Assembly: GCA_033551855.1 (NCBI GenBank)
Contig: JAWSUI010000010.1
Coordinates: 1 to 64,000, forward strand
Origin: Deferrisomatales bacterium
GTDB lineage: Bacteria > Desulfobacterota > Deferrisomatia > Deferrisomatales > JACRMM01
Length of the DNA: 64,000 nt
Reading direction: 5' to 3'
The notes below the pieces were generated by a model. It was not told where the DNA came from. It searched no databases and saw nothing but the letters and a program-made list of their open reading frames with translations. This document shows, piece after piece, positions 1 through 8,766 of this stretch. A program made the position numbers and the translations under genes. Every line of letters starts with the position of its first letter. The stretch's first letter is position 1.

Positions 1-32
1 ACCTTGCCAGGACAGTGTCGCCCTTTAACATT

Positions 33-279
33 TCATCCGAATTTAACGGGAGGAGCTCGGCGGATGACGGAATGCACCCGTAGCCGGTAGTCTTCCACCC
101 GGGAGTAGGCCGAGTCCATCTCCAGGAGCAGCTCCCGGATCTCCCGCTCCCCCGCGCGCCCGGGGGCGGGGGAGTGGTAGGGGGAGGGGGGACGGGTTCG
201 GGGCCCGCTCCCCCGCGCGCCCGGGGGCGGGGAGAGCCGCACAGAGGCAGAGGGCGACGGCGAGGAGCAGAGCACCCAT
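33..279 (-). pseudogene. Frameshifted and truncated secreted protein, possibly LolA-like
   Basis: ATG at 279 starts a signal peptide (MGALLLAVALCLCAA). The coding-like continuation EIRELLLEMDSAYSRVEDYRLRVHSVIRR is in another frame. A 29-bp direct repeat (143-171, 204-232) is spaced 61 bp apart across G runs. The ORF ends in an AT-richer stretch at 33. Confidence 0.4.
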
Positions 280-333
280 GGTAGTCCTCTTGCCCGCAGT
301 CCCGGGCCCGGAAGCACCCCAGCGGAGGAGGCC

Positions 334-1083
334 GTGACGGCCCGGGAAGCCGGCCCGGATGCGCGCACGGCCGAGGACCGAAGCGGGGAGTGGTTCGTTC
401 CCCGCTTCGGTCCTCCCGGGTTCCGCTACGCGGTCGGGCTCCTCTTCCTCCCCTACACGGGGATGGTGATCTCCTTCGCGGTCCTCGGCTCCCTGCTCGC
501 CCCCCGGGTGGCCTGGGGCCGGGTCTTCGCGATCGCCGTCATCTACTTCCTCGGGCTCGGCATCGCCGCCCACGCCCTGGACGCCCTCGGCGCGGGGGGG
601 GCCAGGCCCTGGGGCGCGGCGTTCACCCGGCGGCAGCTCAAGGCGCTCGCGGCCGGGGCCCTCGTGCTCGCTTACGCCATCGGCGTCTACTACATCGTGC
701 GCCACGTGCCGTGGCTGTGGACGGTTGCCCTGCTGGAGGGATTCTTCGTGTTCGCCTACAACCTGGAGTGGTTCGGCGGGCGGTTCCACACCGACGGGTG
801 GTTCGCGTTCTCCTGGGGCTTCCTGCCGGTGCTCGCCGGCCACCTCATGCAGACCAACGGGATCGGGGCCGCAGCCCTGCTGCTCGGAGGGGCCGCGGCC
901 CTCTTCAGCCTGGTGGAGATCACGGTTTCCCGGCCCTACAAGGAGCTCAAACGCCGGGCCGGCCCCCTCCCGGAGGAGGAGGCGAAGGCGGCGAAGAGAT
1001 ACGAGACGGTGCTCCAGAGCATCAGCACGGGCGTCATCCTCCTCGCGGCCGCCCTGGCGGCGTGGCGGCTGGCATCGGGATGA
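334..1083 (+). CDS. Multi-pass membrane protein, divergent UbiA prenyltransferase-like
   Basis: About 7-8 hydrophobic segments; AHALDA and YNLEWFGGRFHTD motifs; its stop overlaps the start of the polyprenyl synthase (ATGA). Confidence 0.6.
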   Translation: MTAREAGPDARTAEDRSGEWFVPRFGPPGFRYAVGLLFLPYTGMVISFAVLGSLLAPRVAWGRVFAIAVIYFLGLGIAAHALDALGAGGARPWGAAFTRRQLKALAAGALVLAYAIGVYYIVRHVPWLWTVALLEGFFVFAYNLEWFGGRFHTDGWFAFSWGFLPVLAGHLMQTNGIGAAALLLGGAAALFSLVEITVSRPYKELKRRAGPLPEEEAKAAKRYETVLQSISTGVILLAAALAAWRLASG

Positions 1084-2123
1084 AGCGCGGGCGCGGCCGG
1101 GACCCTTCGGGGCCCGCGGGGGTCGAGGGCTACCTGGCGGTCCTTCGGCCACTCCTGGAGTCGGCGGTGGCGCGGCGCATCTCCGAGATCCTGGCCCCTC
1201 TCCCGTGGTTCGACCGCCCGGCCGTCGAGCTCGCCCTCGAGGGGGGCAAGAAGCTGCGGGGTTCGCTGCTGTGTCTCGTGTGCGAGTCCCTCGGCGGCGC
1301 CCGGGGCGACGCCCTGCCCCGGGCCGTGGCCGTGGAGCTGATCCAGGCCGCGAGTCTCATCCACGACGACATCCTGGACGCCGACCGGCTGCGCCGCGGC
1401 CGGCCCTCCGTGTGGGCCCTCGCGGGGGTGCGTCGGGCCGTGCTCCTGGGGGACGTTCTCTTCGCCACGGCCATCGAGGCCATGAGCCGGCTCGGCCCCG
1501 ACGAGGCGGCAGCCGTCTCCCGCGCCATCGCACGGATCGCGCAGGGTGCCTGCTCGGAACCGCTCGAACCGGTCTCCTTGGCAGACGCCCTGGAGGGGGG
1601 ATCCTTCGGGGGGGACGCCTATGAACGGATCCTCCACCTCAAGACGGGTGTCCTGTTCGGGGTCGCCTGCCGACTCGGGGCCGGCGCGGCCGGGGCCGAC
1701 CACCGCCTCCGCTCCCAGGCGGAACGCTACGGCACCTACATCGGGGAAGCCTACCAGATCGCCGACGACCTCGAGGATCTGGCCCGCCTCTTGGACAACG
1801 ACATCATCGACCCCGGCCGGGCAAGCCCGCTGGCCCCTGCCCTGGCGGCTTCCGTCCCCGAGGGCCGAGCGCGGGTCGTGGAGCTCCTGCGAGGCGTACC
1901 GCTGGGGCAGACCGAGATCCGCCGCCTCCGCACCGCCGCGGCAGCAGGGCTCGAAGAGGCCCTGGCGAAGCGGCTCGACCGGGCCGAGCGTGCCCTGGCG
2001 CACGGCGTTCCCGCGGAGGCACGCACACGGCTCCGGCAGGCGCCCCGGCACCTCATCCGCCTCTTCCGGGAGGGGGAGTCGAGCCCCGTCGCGCGCTCAC
2101 CAGGGCCGCCGCGCCCACGGTGA
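1080..2123 (+). CDS. Polyprenyl synthetase (trans-isoprenyl diphosphate synthase, IspA/IspB family)
   Basis: GGKKLRG, first Asp-rich motif IHDDILD..RRG, KTG, second Asp-rich motif YQIADDLED. Confidence 0.9.
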   Translation: MKRGRGRDPSGPAGVEGYLAVLRPLLESAVARRISEILAPLPWFDRPAVELALEGGKKLRGSLLCLVCESLGGARGDALPRAVAVELIQAASLIHDDILDADRLRRGRPSVWALAGVRRAVLLGDVLFATAIEAMSRLGPDEAAAVSRAIARIAQGACSEPLEPVSLADALEGGSFGGDAYERILHLKTGVLFGVACRLGAGAAGADHRLRSQAERYGTYIGEAYQIADDLEDLARLLDNDIIDPGRASPLAPALAASVPEGRARVVELLRGVPLGQTEIRRLRTAAAAGLEEALAKRLDRAERALAHGVPAEARTRLRQAPRHLIRLFREGESSPVARSPGPPRPR

Positions 2124-2775
2124 GGGAACGGACCGCGATGTGCTCGAATCCCTGGCGGCCCAGCGCACCCACGGCCGCGGTCACCCAGTCGGTCCGGCGC
2201 ACGAGCCCCGGCAGACCGTCCAGCGCCTCCCGCCATTCCGGATAGGCGCGGCCCCACGCCGCCCCCAGGAGGGACAGGTACAGCTCCCAGAGCTTGCCGA
2301 GTGGGCGTCGGGTCGGGTAGGTGAAGTCGTGGAGGAGGATCACGCCGCCGGGGCGAAGCATGCCCCGGGCGTTCGCCGCCAGGGCATCCAGGTCCGCGTA
2401 CTTGGCCAGGTAGGAGGATGCGATGCAGTCCACCGGGGGCCGCACCGCGACGTCCTCCGCCCGGCCCTGGACGAAGTGGACGTTGTCGGCTCGCCGCCGC
2501 TCCTTCTCCCGTTGGGCGATGAGGGCGTACTCTCGACGGAGCTCGACACCCAGCACGAGACCGCGAGGGAACCTCCGGGCGAGGAGGAAGGTCAAGATCC
2601 CGGTACCCGACGCCTGATCCAGAATCCGCCCCGATTCCGGGGGGACCGCCGCCACGATCCGGCGCTTCCACCAGAGGTCCAGGCCCAGGGTGCCCAGGGT
2701 GGCGGTGCGACGGTAGGACGCGCCCGTACCGGAGAAGAAGCGCTCTACCAGCTCTCGTTGCGACTCTCGGCTCAT
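2053..2775 (-). CDS. Class I SAM-dependent methyltransferase, UbiE/MenG-like
   Basis: ILDQASGTG motif I, GLDLWWKRR, LRPGG..LLHDF; overlaps the prenyl synthase 3' end convergently by 71 bp. Confidence 0.85.
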   Translation of the reverse strand: MSRESQRELVERFFSGTGASYRRTATLGTLGLDLWWKRRIVAAVPPESGRILDQASGTGILTFLLARRFPRGLVLGVELRREYALIAQREKERRRADNVHFVQGRAEDVAVRPPVDCIASSYLAKYADLDALAANARGMLRPGGVILLHDFTYPTRRPLGKLWELYLSLLGAAWGRAYPEWREALDGLPGLVRRTDWVTAAVGALGRQGFEHIAVRSLTVGAAALVSARRGSTPPPGRGG

Positions 2776-2897
2776 CGCTTCCGCGCCGTGGCCTGTCGGC
2801 CGGGGTGTGGGTGGGCAGGCCTCCGCTTCCCAGTCTATCGCCGCCGGCCGCCTGCGGCGAGCTCCCCGTGGCGGCACGGGGGCGGAAGGAGCACCCC

Positions 2898-5807
2898 TTG
2901 ACGACCTGCCGATCGGCTGTCCTGGCCGCCCTGTGCGCGTTCCTCGCCTGCGCAGTGGCCCGCGGCGCGGTGTACGATCCCGCCCTCACGTGGCGGACCA
3001 TCCACACTCCCCACTTCCGGGTCCACTATCACGACGGCCTGGCGGAGGAGGCCGCCTCCCTCGCCCAGGTGGCGGAGGAGGTGCACGGTCCCCTGGCGGA
3101 GCTGCTGGGGTGGACCCCCCGGGAGCCGACCCACGTGACCCTGGTGGACCTCACCGACCGGGCCAACGCCTACACGACCGTGCTCCCCTACAACCAGATC
3201 GTGATCTACCCGGTCCGGCCCGCCCTGTTCCAGAGCATCGGGGACTACAGGGACTGGCTCCGCACGGTGTTCGTCCACGAGTACGCCCACGTGTTGGGCC
3301 TGGACCCGGTGAGGGGCTACTCCGCCGTGACCCGGCGGGTGTTCGGCAGGGTCGGGGTTCCCCTGACCCCGCTGGGCGCCTTCTTCTGGTTCTTCGCGGC
3401 CCCGCCCAACCTCTTCCTCCCCCCGTGGGTGCACGAGGGCCAGGCCACCAACCTGGAGACCGACTTCACGGGCAGGGGGCGGAAGGGGTCCACCTGGTAC
3501 CGGATGATCTACCGCTCGGACGTGGCTGCCGGGACGATCCCGCCCCTGGACCGCCTGGGAGGGGACTTCCCGGAGTGGCCGAGCTTCTCCACTCGCTACG
3601 TCTACGGCGCACGGCTCCTCCAGTGGGTCCAGGAGCGCCACGGCCGGGAGGCCCTGGGAGCCCTCCTTGGGCACCACGCCGGCCGATTCCCCTACGCCAT
3701 CGACGCGCCGCCCGCCCGTCTCACCGGCCGCACCTACCGGGGCCTCTATCGGGAGATGGTCTCCGACCTCGAGGCGGAGCTCGGGCCGGAGATCGAGGAC
3801 CTCCGCAGACAGGGGCTCACCCCGCACCGGGTCCTCACCGCCTCCGGGTTCTCCGCCGCCGGGCCGCTCTGGGAGGGGAACGACGCCCTGCTCTTCACCC
3901 GCACCGACAGCTACGGCCCTCCCACCCTGCGCCGCCTCCGGCTCTCCGGGGACGGGGGAACCGCCGGGGAGGAGGTGCTCTCGAAGCGCCCGGGCTCCGC
4001 GTCCCGACCCACGCGCCTGCCGGGCGGCCGCATCGCCTTCCCTCGGGTCGAGATCTTCCGCCCGGCCGCCGGGGGGCGCCTGTACACCGACCTCTACTCC
4101 TGTGACCCCCGGGGGCGGGGCCTGGAGCGGCTGACCCGCGGCGCCCGGCTGCGCGACGCCGACTGGAGCGACAGCGCCGACGCTTTTTCCGCGGTGGAGG
4201 TTCGAGGGCCCCAACAGCGTCTGGTCCTTCTCGCCCGGTCGCCGGGCGGGCGGCTCGAGGACGCCCGCCCGCTCCTCGCCGAGCGCGGCGTGCGCTACGA
4301 TCACCCCCGGTGGTCCCCGGACGGCCGCCGCATCGCCTTTTCGCGGAAGACGGAGGAGGGGTGGGCCCGCCTGGCGGTGCTGGAGGTGGCTACCGGGGAG
4401 GTGCTCCTCCTGACCCCCGAGGGGTCCCAGGCGGGCTTCCCCGCCTGGAGCCCCGACGGGCGGGAGCTCGCGTTCTCCTGGGACCGCACGGGCGTGTTCG
4501 ACCTCTACGCCGTGGAGCCGGCATCGGGACGCTGCCGCCGCCTCACCCGGGTCCTGGGAGGGGCCTTCGAGCCGGACTGGTCGCCCGACGGGTCGCGGAT
4601 TGCGTTCACGAGCTACTCGCACCTCGGGTTCGACCTGGCGGTGCTCGAGCTGGCGGACGCCCTGGGGGACGAGACGCCCCTGGGCACCCCGGAGACCGCG
4701 TCCCCGCCGGAAGCGGCGGCAGCCGCTCACGCCGAGGACCGGCCCTACGCCGCCTGGCCCCGGGTGCTGCCCACCTTCTGGCTGCCCGATCTCCTGGCCG
4801 ACCACGCCGGCATCGCCGGCGGCGTCTGGACGACGGGGCACGACCCCCTGCTGCGCCACAAGTACTACGGCGCCGGCTTCTGGGCCGGATCCAGCCGTCG
4901 GTTCTACGGACAGGGCATCTACGTCAACGACGCGGGATACCCCACCCTCACCCTGCGGGCGGCCAAGCTGCCGGTGCTCCACACGGAGCTCTTCGAGACC
5001 CCGGGGCGCGATATCGACTATTGGGAGGAAGCCCGCAGCGTCGAGGCGGAGGTACGCCTGCGGCTCCCTCGCGCGCTGCGGACCTGGAGCTTCGCCGCCT
5101 CCTGGGCGTGGGAGGAGGTGAGCCGGCTGTCCCGCGTGGGCAAAGACCTCGACGGCAGGCAGGACCTGGCGGACCTCCCCTTCCAGGGCAGGAGCAACCC
5201 CCTCGCCGTGTCGCTACTCCACGACTCGGCCTTCCCCCACAGCACCCGGTTCACCCTGGGGCCCGAGGCCGGCCGCCGCCTGGAGGGGACCTACCGCCTT
5301 CGCGACCACCGGGTCGGTTCCGAGGTCGATCGCCAGGAGCTCCTGGGGGAATGGTGGGAATACCTTCCCCTCCCCTTCCCCGAGAGGGCCACCCTGGCCC
5401 TGCGGGCCAAGGCGGGCACGGGGTGGGGGGAGGTCCCCCTCCAGTCCGTGTTCCAGCTCGGAGGGCTCGCCGGGGAATTCCCCGTACGGGGATACCCCTA
5501 CCGCATCGACCGGGGGGAGCGGGCGGCCGTCGGCACGGCCGAGCTGCGCCTGCCCCTGCGTGCTGTGTACCGCGGGATCCGCGACTGGCCGACCTTCCTC
5601 GGTCACATCCACGGCGCCGCCTTCCTGGACGGGGGCCGCACCTGGCGGGGCGGGGACGGGGAGCGCCGCCGGGGGGCCGGGGCGGAGCTGCGAGCCGACA
5701 CCCTGCTCGGGTACTACTTCCCCACGACGCTCGTGGTCGGCTATGCCCACGGCTTCGATCGGGACGGGGAGGACCAGGTGTACGTGACGTTCCGGGGAGA
5801 GTACTGA
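2898..5807 (+). CDS. Outer-membrane protein: peptidase-MA-like domain + PD40/TolB propeller + Omp85/BamA-like barrel
   Basis: TTG start after GGAAGGAG; signal peptide; VHEYAH (HExxH) and WVHEGQA; three WSPDG repeats; C-terminal VRGY, GTAELRLP, ending VTFRGEY. Confidence 0.8.
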   Translation: MTTCRSAVLAALCAFLACAVARGAVYDPALTWRTIHTPHFRVHYHDGLAEEAASLAQVAEEVHGPLAELLGWTPREPTHVTLVDLTDRANAYTTVLPYNQIVIYPVRPALFQSIGDYRDWLRTVFVHEYAHVLGLDPVRGYSAVTRRVFGRVGVPLTPLGAFFWFFAAPPNLFLPPWVHEGQATNLETDFTGRGRKGSTWYRMIYRSDVAAGTIPPLDRLGGDFPEWPSFSTRYVYGARLLQWVQERHGREALGALLGHHAGRFPYAIDAPPARLTGRTYRGLYREMVSDLEAELGPEIEDLRRQGLTPHRVLTASGFSAAGPLWEGNDALLFTRTDSYGPPTLRRLRLSGDGGTAGEEVLSKRPGSASRPTRLPGGRIAFPRVEIFRPAAGGRLYTDLYSCDPRGRGLERLTRGARLRDADWSDSADAFSAVEVRGPQQRLVLLARSPGGRLEDARPLLAERGVRYDHPRWSPDGRRIAFSRKTEEGWARLAVLEVATGEVLLLTPEGSQAGFPAWSPDGRELAFSWDRTGVFDLYAVEPASGRCRRLTRVLGGAFEPDWSPDGSRIAFTSYSHLGFDLAVLELADALGDETPLGTPETASPPEAAAAAHAEDRPYAAWPRVLPTFWLPDLLADHAGIAGGVWTTGHDPLLRHKYYGAGFWAGSSRRFYGQGIYVNDAGYPTLTLRAAKLPVLHTELFETPGRDIDYWEEARSVEAEVRLRLPRALRTWSFAASWAWEEVSRLSRVGKDLDGRQDLADLPFQGRSNPLAVSLLHDSAFPHSTRFTLGPEAGRRLEGTYRLRDHRVGSEVDRQELLGEWWEYLPLPFPERATLALRAKAGTGWGEVPLQSVFQLGGLAGEFPVRGYPYRIDRGERAAVGTAELRLPLRAVYRGIRDWPTFLGHIHGAAFLDGGRTWRGGDGERRRGAGAELRADTLLGYYFPTTLVVGYAHGFDRDGEDQVYVTFRGEY

Positions 5808-6033
5808 CGAGGACGCCGCAGCGGGGGATCCTGCCCGGCCGTCCGGCGTTCCCGGCGACCGCAGGGCGAGCCCTGGCCGGCGCCCCTTCCGGTGGACGGC
5901 ACCCCGGTGCGCGGGCCGGCCCGGTTCCGGCCCTCCCCCTTTGGGGCGACCGGGGGCCAGGGGGCACTCGAAACACCCGGCCTTCGGCGGACCGGGTTCC
6001 CCTCCCTCGCGGCGTGGGGCACCGCGCGCTTTC

Positions 6034-6339
6034 TCAGGACTCCCGGGCGGAATCCCCCAGGATCGCCTCGGGCTCGGCGATCCACTGCTTCAGCACGAGG
6101 CCCAGGTCCCCGAACTTGCTCCGCTGGCGCGAGACGAGCCGCTTGTACCGGCGCTGGCCGTGCACGGCGGGGTCGGGCTCCCCCCAGCGCTCGACCCGGC
6201 CGCAGTGGGAGCAGCGGCGCTCCTCCGGGCCCACCGGGCGAAGGAGCTTGCGCGCGGAGGCGCCCTTCTGGCAGGAGGGGCAGTTCACGGGTGTGTTTTC
6301 CGGGTCGAAGGGGTCGTAGGCCACGGAACGCCTCTCCAT
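6034..6339 (-). CDS. Small hypothetical protein with two CxxC pairs (Zn-ribbon-like)
   Basis: CPSC and CSHC; GC3-rich codon use. Confidence 0.6.
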   Translation of the reverse strand: MERRSVAYDPFDPENTPVNCPSCQKGASARKLLRPVGPEERRCSHCGRVERWGEPDPAVHGQRRYKRLVSRQRSKFGDLGLVLKQWIAEPEAILGDSARES

Positions 6340-6459
6340 CCGCGAGAGCAGGGAGCCGCCGCGCCACTCGGGACGCGACGCGGGCCGGGGAAGACCCCGC
6401 TCCTGGCAACCCCCGCATCATAGCGGGAATTGGGGTCGGCGGGCCAGCGGGTTCGTGGA

Positions 6460-6665
6460 CCCCGGATGGCCCGCGACCTCGCTCGGCGACCGGAGTCCGG
6501 GAGCCCCTGCGTCTCACCGCGAAATCCGCGGCGGTTCGAAGCGGTGCCCACCAGGGGACCGGGTGCGCCCGGCTTCGCCGATCCCGATCGGTTTGTTCGC
6601 CTCGGTCGATGCGGGTCGCGGTTCCGGGCCTCCCCGCTCCCGCCCAACCCGTGGGCCGCGGTGGC
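6460..6665 (+). repeat. Family A palindromic intergenic repeat, copy A1 (diverged)
   Basis: GGAGTCCGGGAGCCCCTGCGTCTCACCGCGAAATCCGCGGCGGTTCGAAG aligns to copy A2; outer stem GGCCCGCG (6468) / CGTGGGCC (6650). Boundaries approximate. Confidence 0.7.
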
Positions 6666-6703
6666 CTCGGCTCCAGGAGCTCGGCAGCCCCCGGAGGAGG
6701 GGC

Positions 6704-7495
6704 TCACCCTCGCCGGGGTGGATCCGCACCCGGCGCCCGCGACCGGCTCACGACCCGCGGGGCGGGGACGCGACAGGGCAGGGGGAGGGCGCCGGTCAGG
6801 GCCGGCACCCTCACCCCCAGGCGATCCAGGAAGGGAACCGGGGCGAACCGCAGTCCCACCCCCTCGGGATGGGCACCCACGGCCGATGCCACGCGCACCA
6901 CCCGGGCGCGACGGGAAAACGTGCGGTCGTCGCACCACACCCGGACCTGCACCACTTCCCCGGGCTCCACGCCGGCAGGAGCTCCCCGGAGGAACAGGCC
7001 GGTGCGCGAGAGGTTGAACACCGTCCCCCGTAGCCGGATGCCGTCCGCCCGGACCAGCTCCGCGGGTGCACACATCGGGTGGCGGGGCGCCGCGCGCCAC
7101 CAGTGAAGCGTTTGGGCGTGGAAGAACCGGTACACCGAGGGCCGGAGCAGCCACAGGCCCAGGAAGGCCGTGCAGGCGCTCGCCGCCCCGACGGTCCAGC
7201 GGGGCATCGGCGCCGGAAATCGCAGCACGACCCAGTTGTTCCAGAGGGCGACGATGACGAACGCCAGGGCCGCGCCCCATCCCCAGCGGGCCACACGCGT
7301 CACGCCCAGGGCGGCCGTTGCCGAGAGCGCCATGACCAGCTGGTTTTGGGGGGCGAGCTTGGCCCAGATCGCCGTCACCTCGAGGGGGGAGTGTCCGAAG
7401 AGGACCACGGCCTGCAACGGCATCCCCACGACCGGGAGCCAGAGCACCCACCCGAGCACCCGCACCCAGAGGGGCTTCCGGGTCATACCCCTCAC
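6704..7495 (-). CDS. Membrane protein with C-terminal PilZ domain
   Basis: About four TM helices, then RAAPR (RxxxR) and NLSRTG ([D/N]xSxxG); start is GTG at 7495 or ATG at 7486. Confidence 0.75.
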   Translation of the reverse strand: MRGMTRKPLWVRVLGWVLWLPVVGMPLQAVVLFGHSPLEVTAIWAKLAPQNQLVMALSATAALGVTRVARWGWGAALAFVIVALWNNWVVLRFPAPMPRWTVGAASACTAFLGLWLLRPSVYRFFHAQTLHWWRAAPRHPMCAPAELVRADGIRLRGTVFNLSRTGLFLRGAPAGVEPGEVVQVRVWCDDRTFSRRARVVRVASAVGAHPEGVGLRFAPVPFLDRLGVRVPALTGALPLPCRVPAPRVVSRSRAPGADPPRRG

Positions 7496-8625
7496 GTCTC
7501 CTCCGCTGCCGAGGCCTCGCCCGCGGCCCGAAACGCCCCGTAGAAGCTCAGGATCTTGCGCACGTACCGCTTGGCCTCGGTCGCTTCGCCCTGGTCCAGC
7601 CAGTCCCGGCGGTGGTGGCGGAGCCAGTGGAGCGTCCGATTGAGGCCGCTGTTGTAGGCCGCCAGACAGGCCTCGATGAGCACCCGATCTTCGTCCTCAC
7701 CGCCCAGGGACAGGGCGGGCCGATTCCGCTCGTGGAGCAATCGCCCCCGGAGGTGGGAGAGATAGTGGGCGCCCCCCCAAACGCTCTTCACCGGGTCCAG
7801 GCGCCACTCGTTCTCCCCGTTCACGACCCTCGGGATCAGACGGCGCAGGCTGTCTCGGGAGAGCGTCTCGATGCCCGGGTACCGGGGCCAGCCCGGGAAG
7901 GCCGGCGCGATGTCCCTCTCGGCCAGGTGGGTGATCTGCGTCAGCCCCAGGGCCCTCGCCTTGGAGAGGGCATGGGGGTCGAAGCTGCTCTCCTGGGCGA
8001 TGAGGGCCACCAGAAGAACCGGGTTGAGCCCGTAGTGCCGGCCTGCCTCCCACACGACGTCCAGGAGGTCTTCCGCCACCGAGAACGGAGCCGTGGTGGC
8101 CAGCCCCTCCTCCGCCCCCAGGTCCCGCACCTCCGGGAAGGGGTATACGGCGGAGAGCGGTGTGCCGTGGGCCGGCGTGTACTGGACCAGGATGTCGTGG
8201 TCCTCCAGGGGGCGCAGCCGAAGGTGCGGCATCTCCAGGAGGAGCTCCTCGGCGTCGCTCTCACCCCTGGAGCGGTATCCCACCCGGAACTGGAAGGTCG
8301 CCGATTCCGTGACCTCGAGCCCGTTGTAGAACACCCGCAACCGCTCGGCGTCCGGGCGGCCGGGGGCCGAGGGGTCCACGACGGCCACCTTCCAGGTGTA
8401 GGGCCCGTGCACCTGCTGGTAGGAGGGGTCGAACAGGATTCGCGGGCGCTCCTCCGAGGCATCGCCCGGCTGCGGCCCGGCCGAGGGCGGTTCCGCCGGC
8501 CGTGCCTCGGTCGAACGGTCCACGGCCCCGAGGGGCGTGGTGGGGCCCAGGCAGGCGGTCAGGCCCGTCAGGCACCACAGTGCCAGGGCGGCGGCCCTGC
8601 TCCTGGTGGCGGCGTCTTCTTCCAT
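7492..8625 (-). CDS. Lytic transglycosylase (SLT domain), probable lipoprotein
   Basis: IAQESSF catalytic motif, GLTQI, AAYNSG; LTAC lipobox-like. Confidence 0.85.
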   Translation of the reverse strand: MEEDAATRSRAAALALWCLTGLTACLGPTTPLGAVDRSTEARPAEPPSAGPQPGDASEERPRILFDPSYQQVHGPYTWKVAVVDPSAPGRPDAERLRVFYNGLEVTESATFQFRVGYRSRGESDAEELLLEMPHLRLRPLEDHDILVQYTPAHGTPLSAVYPFPEVRDLGAEEGLATTAPFSVAEDLLDVVWEAGRHYGLNPVLLVALIAQESSFDPHALSKARALGLTQITHLAERDIAPAFPGWPRYPGIETLSRDSLRRLIPRVVNGENEWRLDPVKSVWGGAHYLSHLRGRLLHERNRPALSLGGEDEDRVLIEACLAAYNSGLNRTLHWLRHHRRDWLDQGEATEAKRYVRKILSFYGAFRAAGEASAAEET

Positions 8626-8766
8626 GAACGCCTTCGCCCCTTCCCCCGCGTTGCGGTGCGCGTCCCCCCGTCCTCCGCGGACACCACGGCCCTTCCCATT
8701 CCCAGGATCGGCCCGGACGCCGGCGACCTTTAATGCGGTTCCCCCCGGAATCCCTCCCTCGTCTCG

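Noticed and set aside
5830..6015. Possible eighth, highly decayed family A copy
   Set aside because: Only short motif echoes (TTCGAG, CCCCGGT); not distinguishable from GC-rich background by eye
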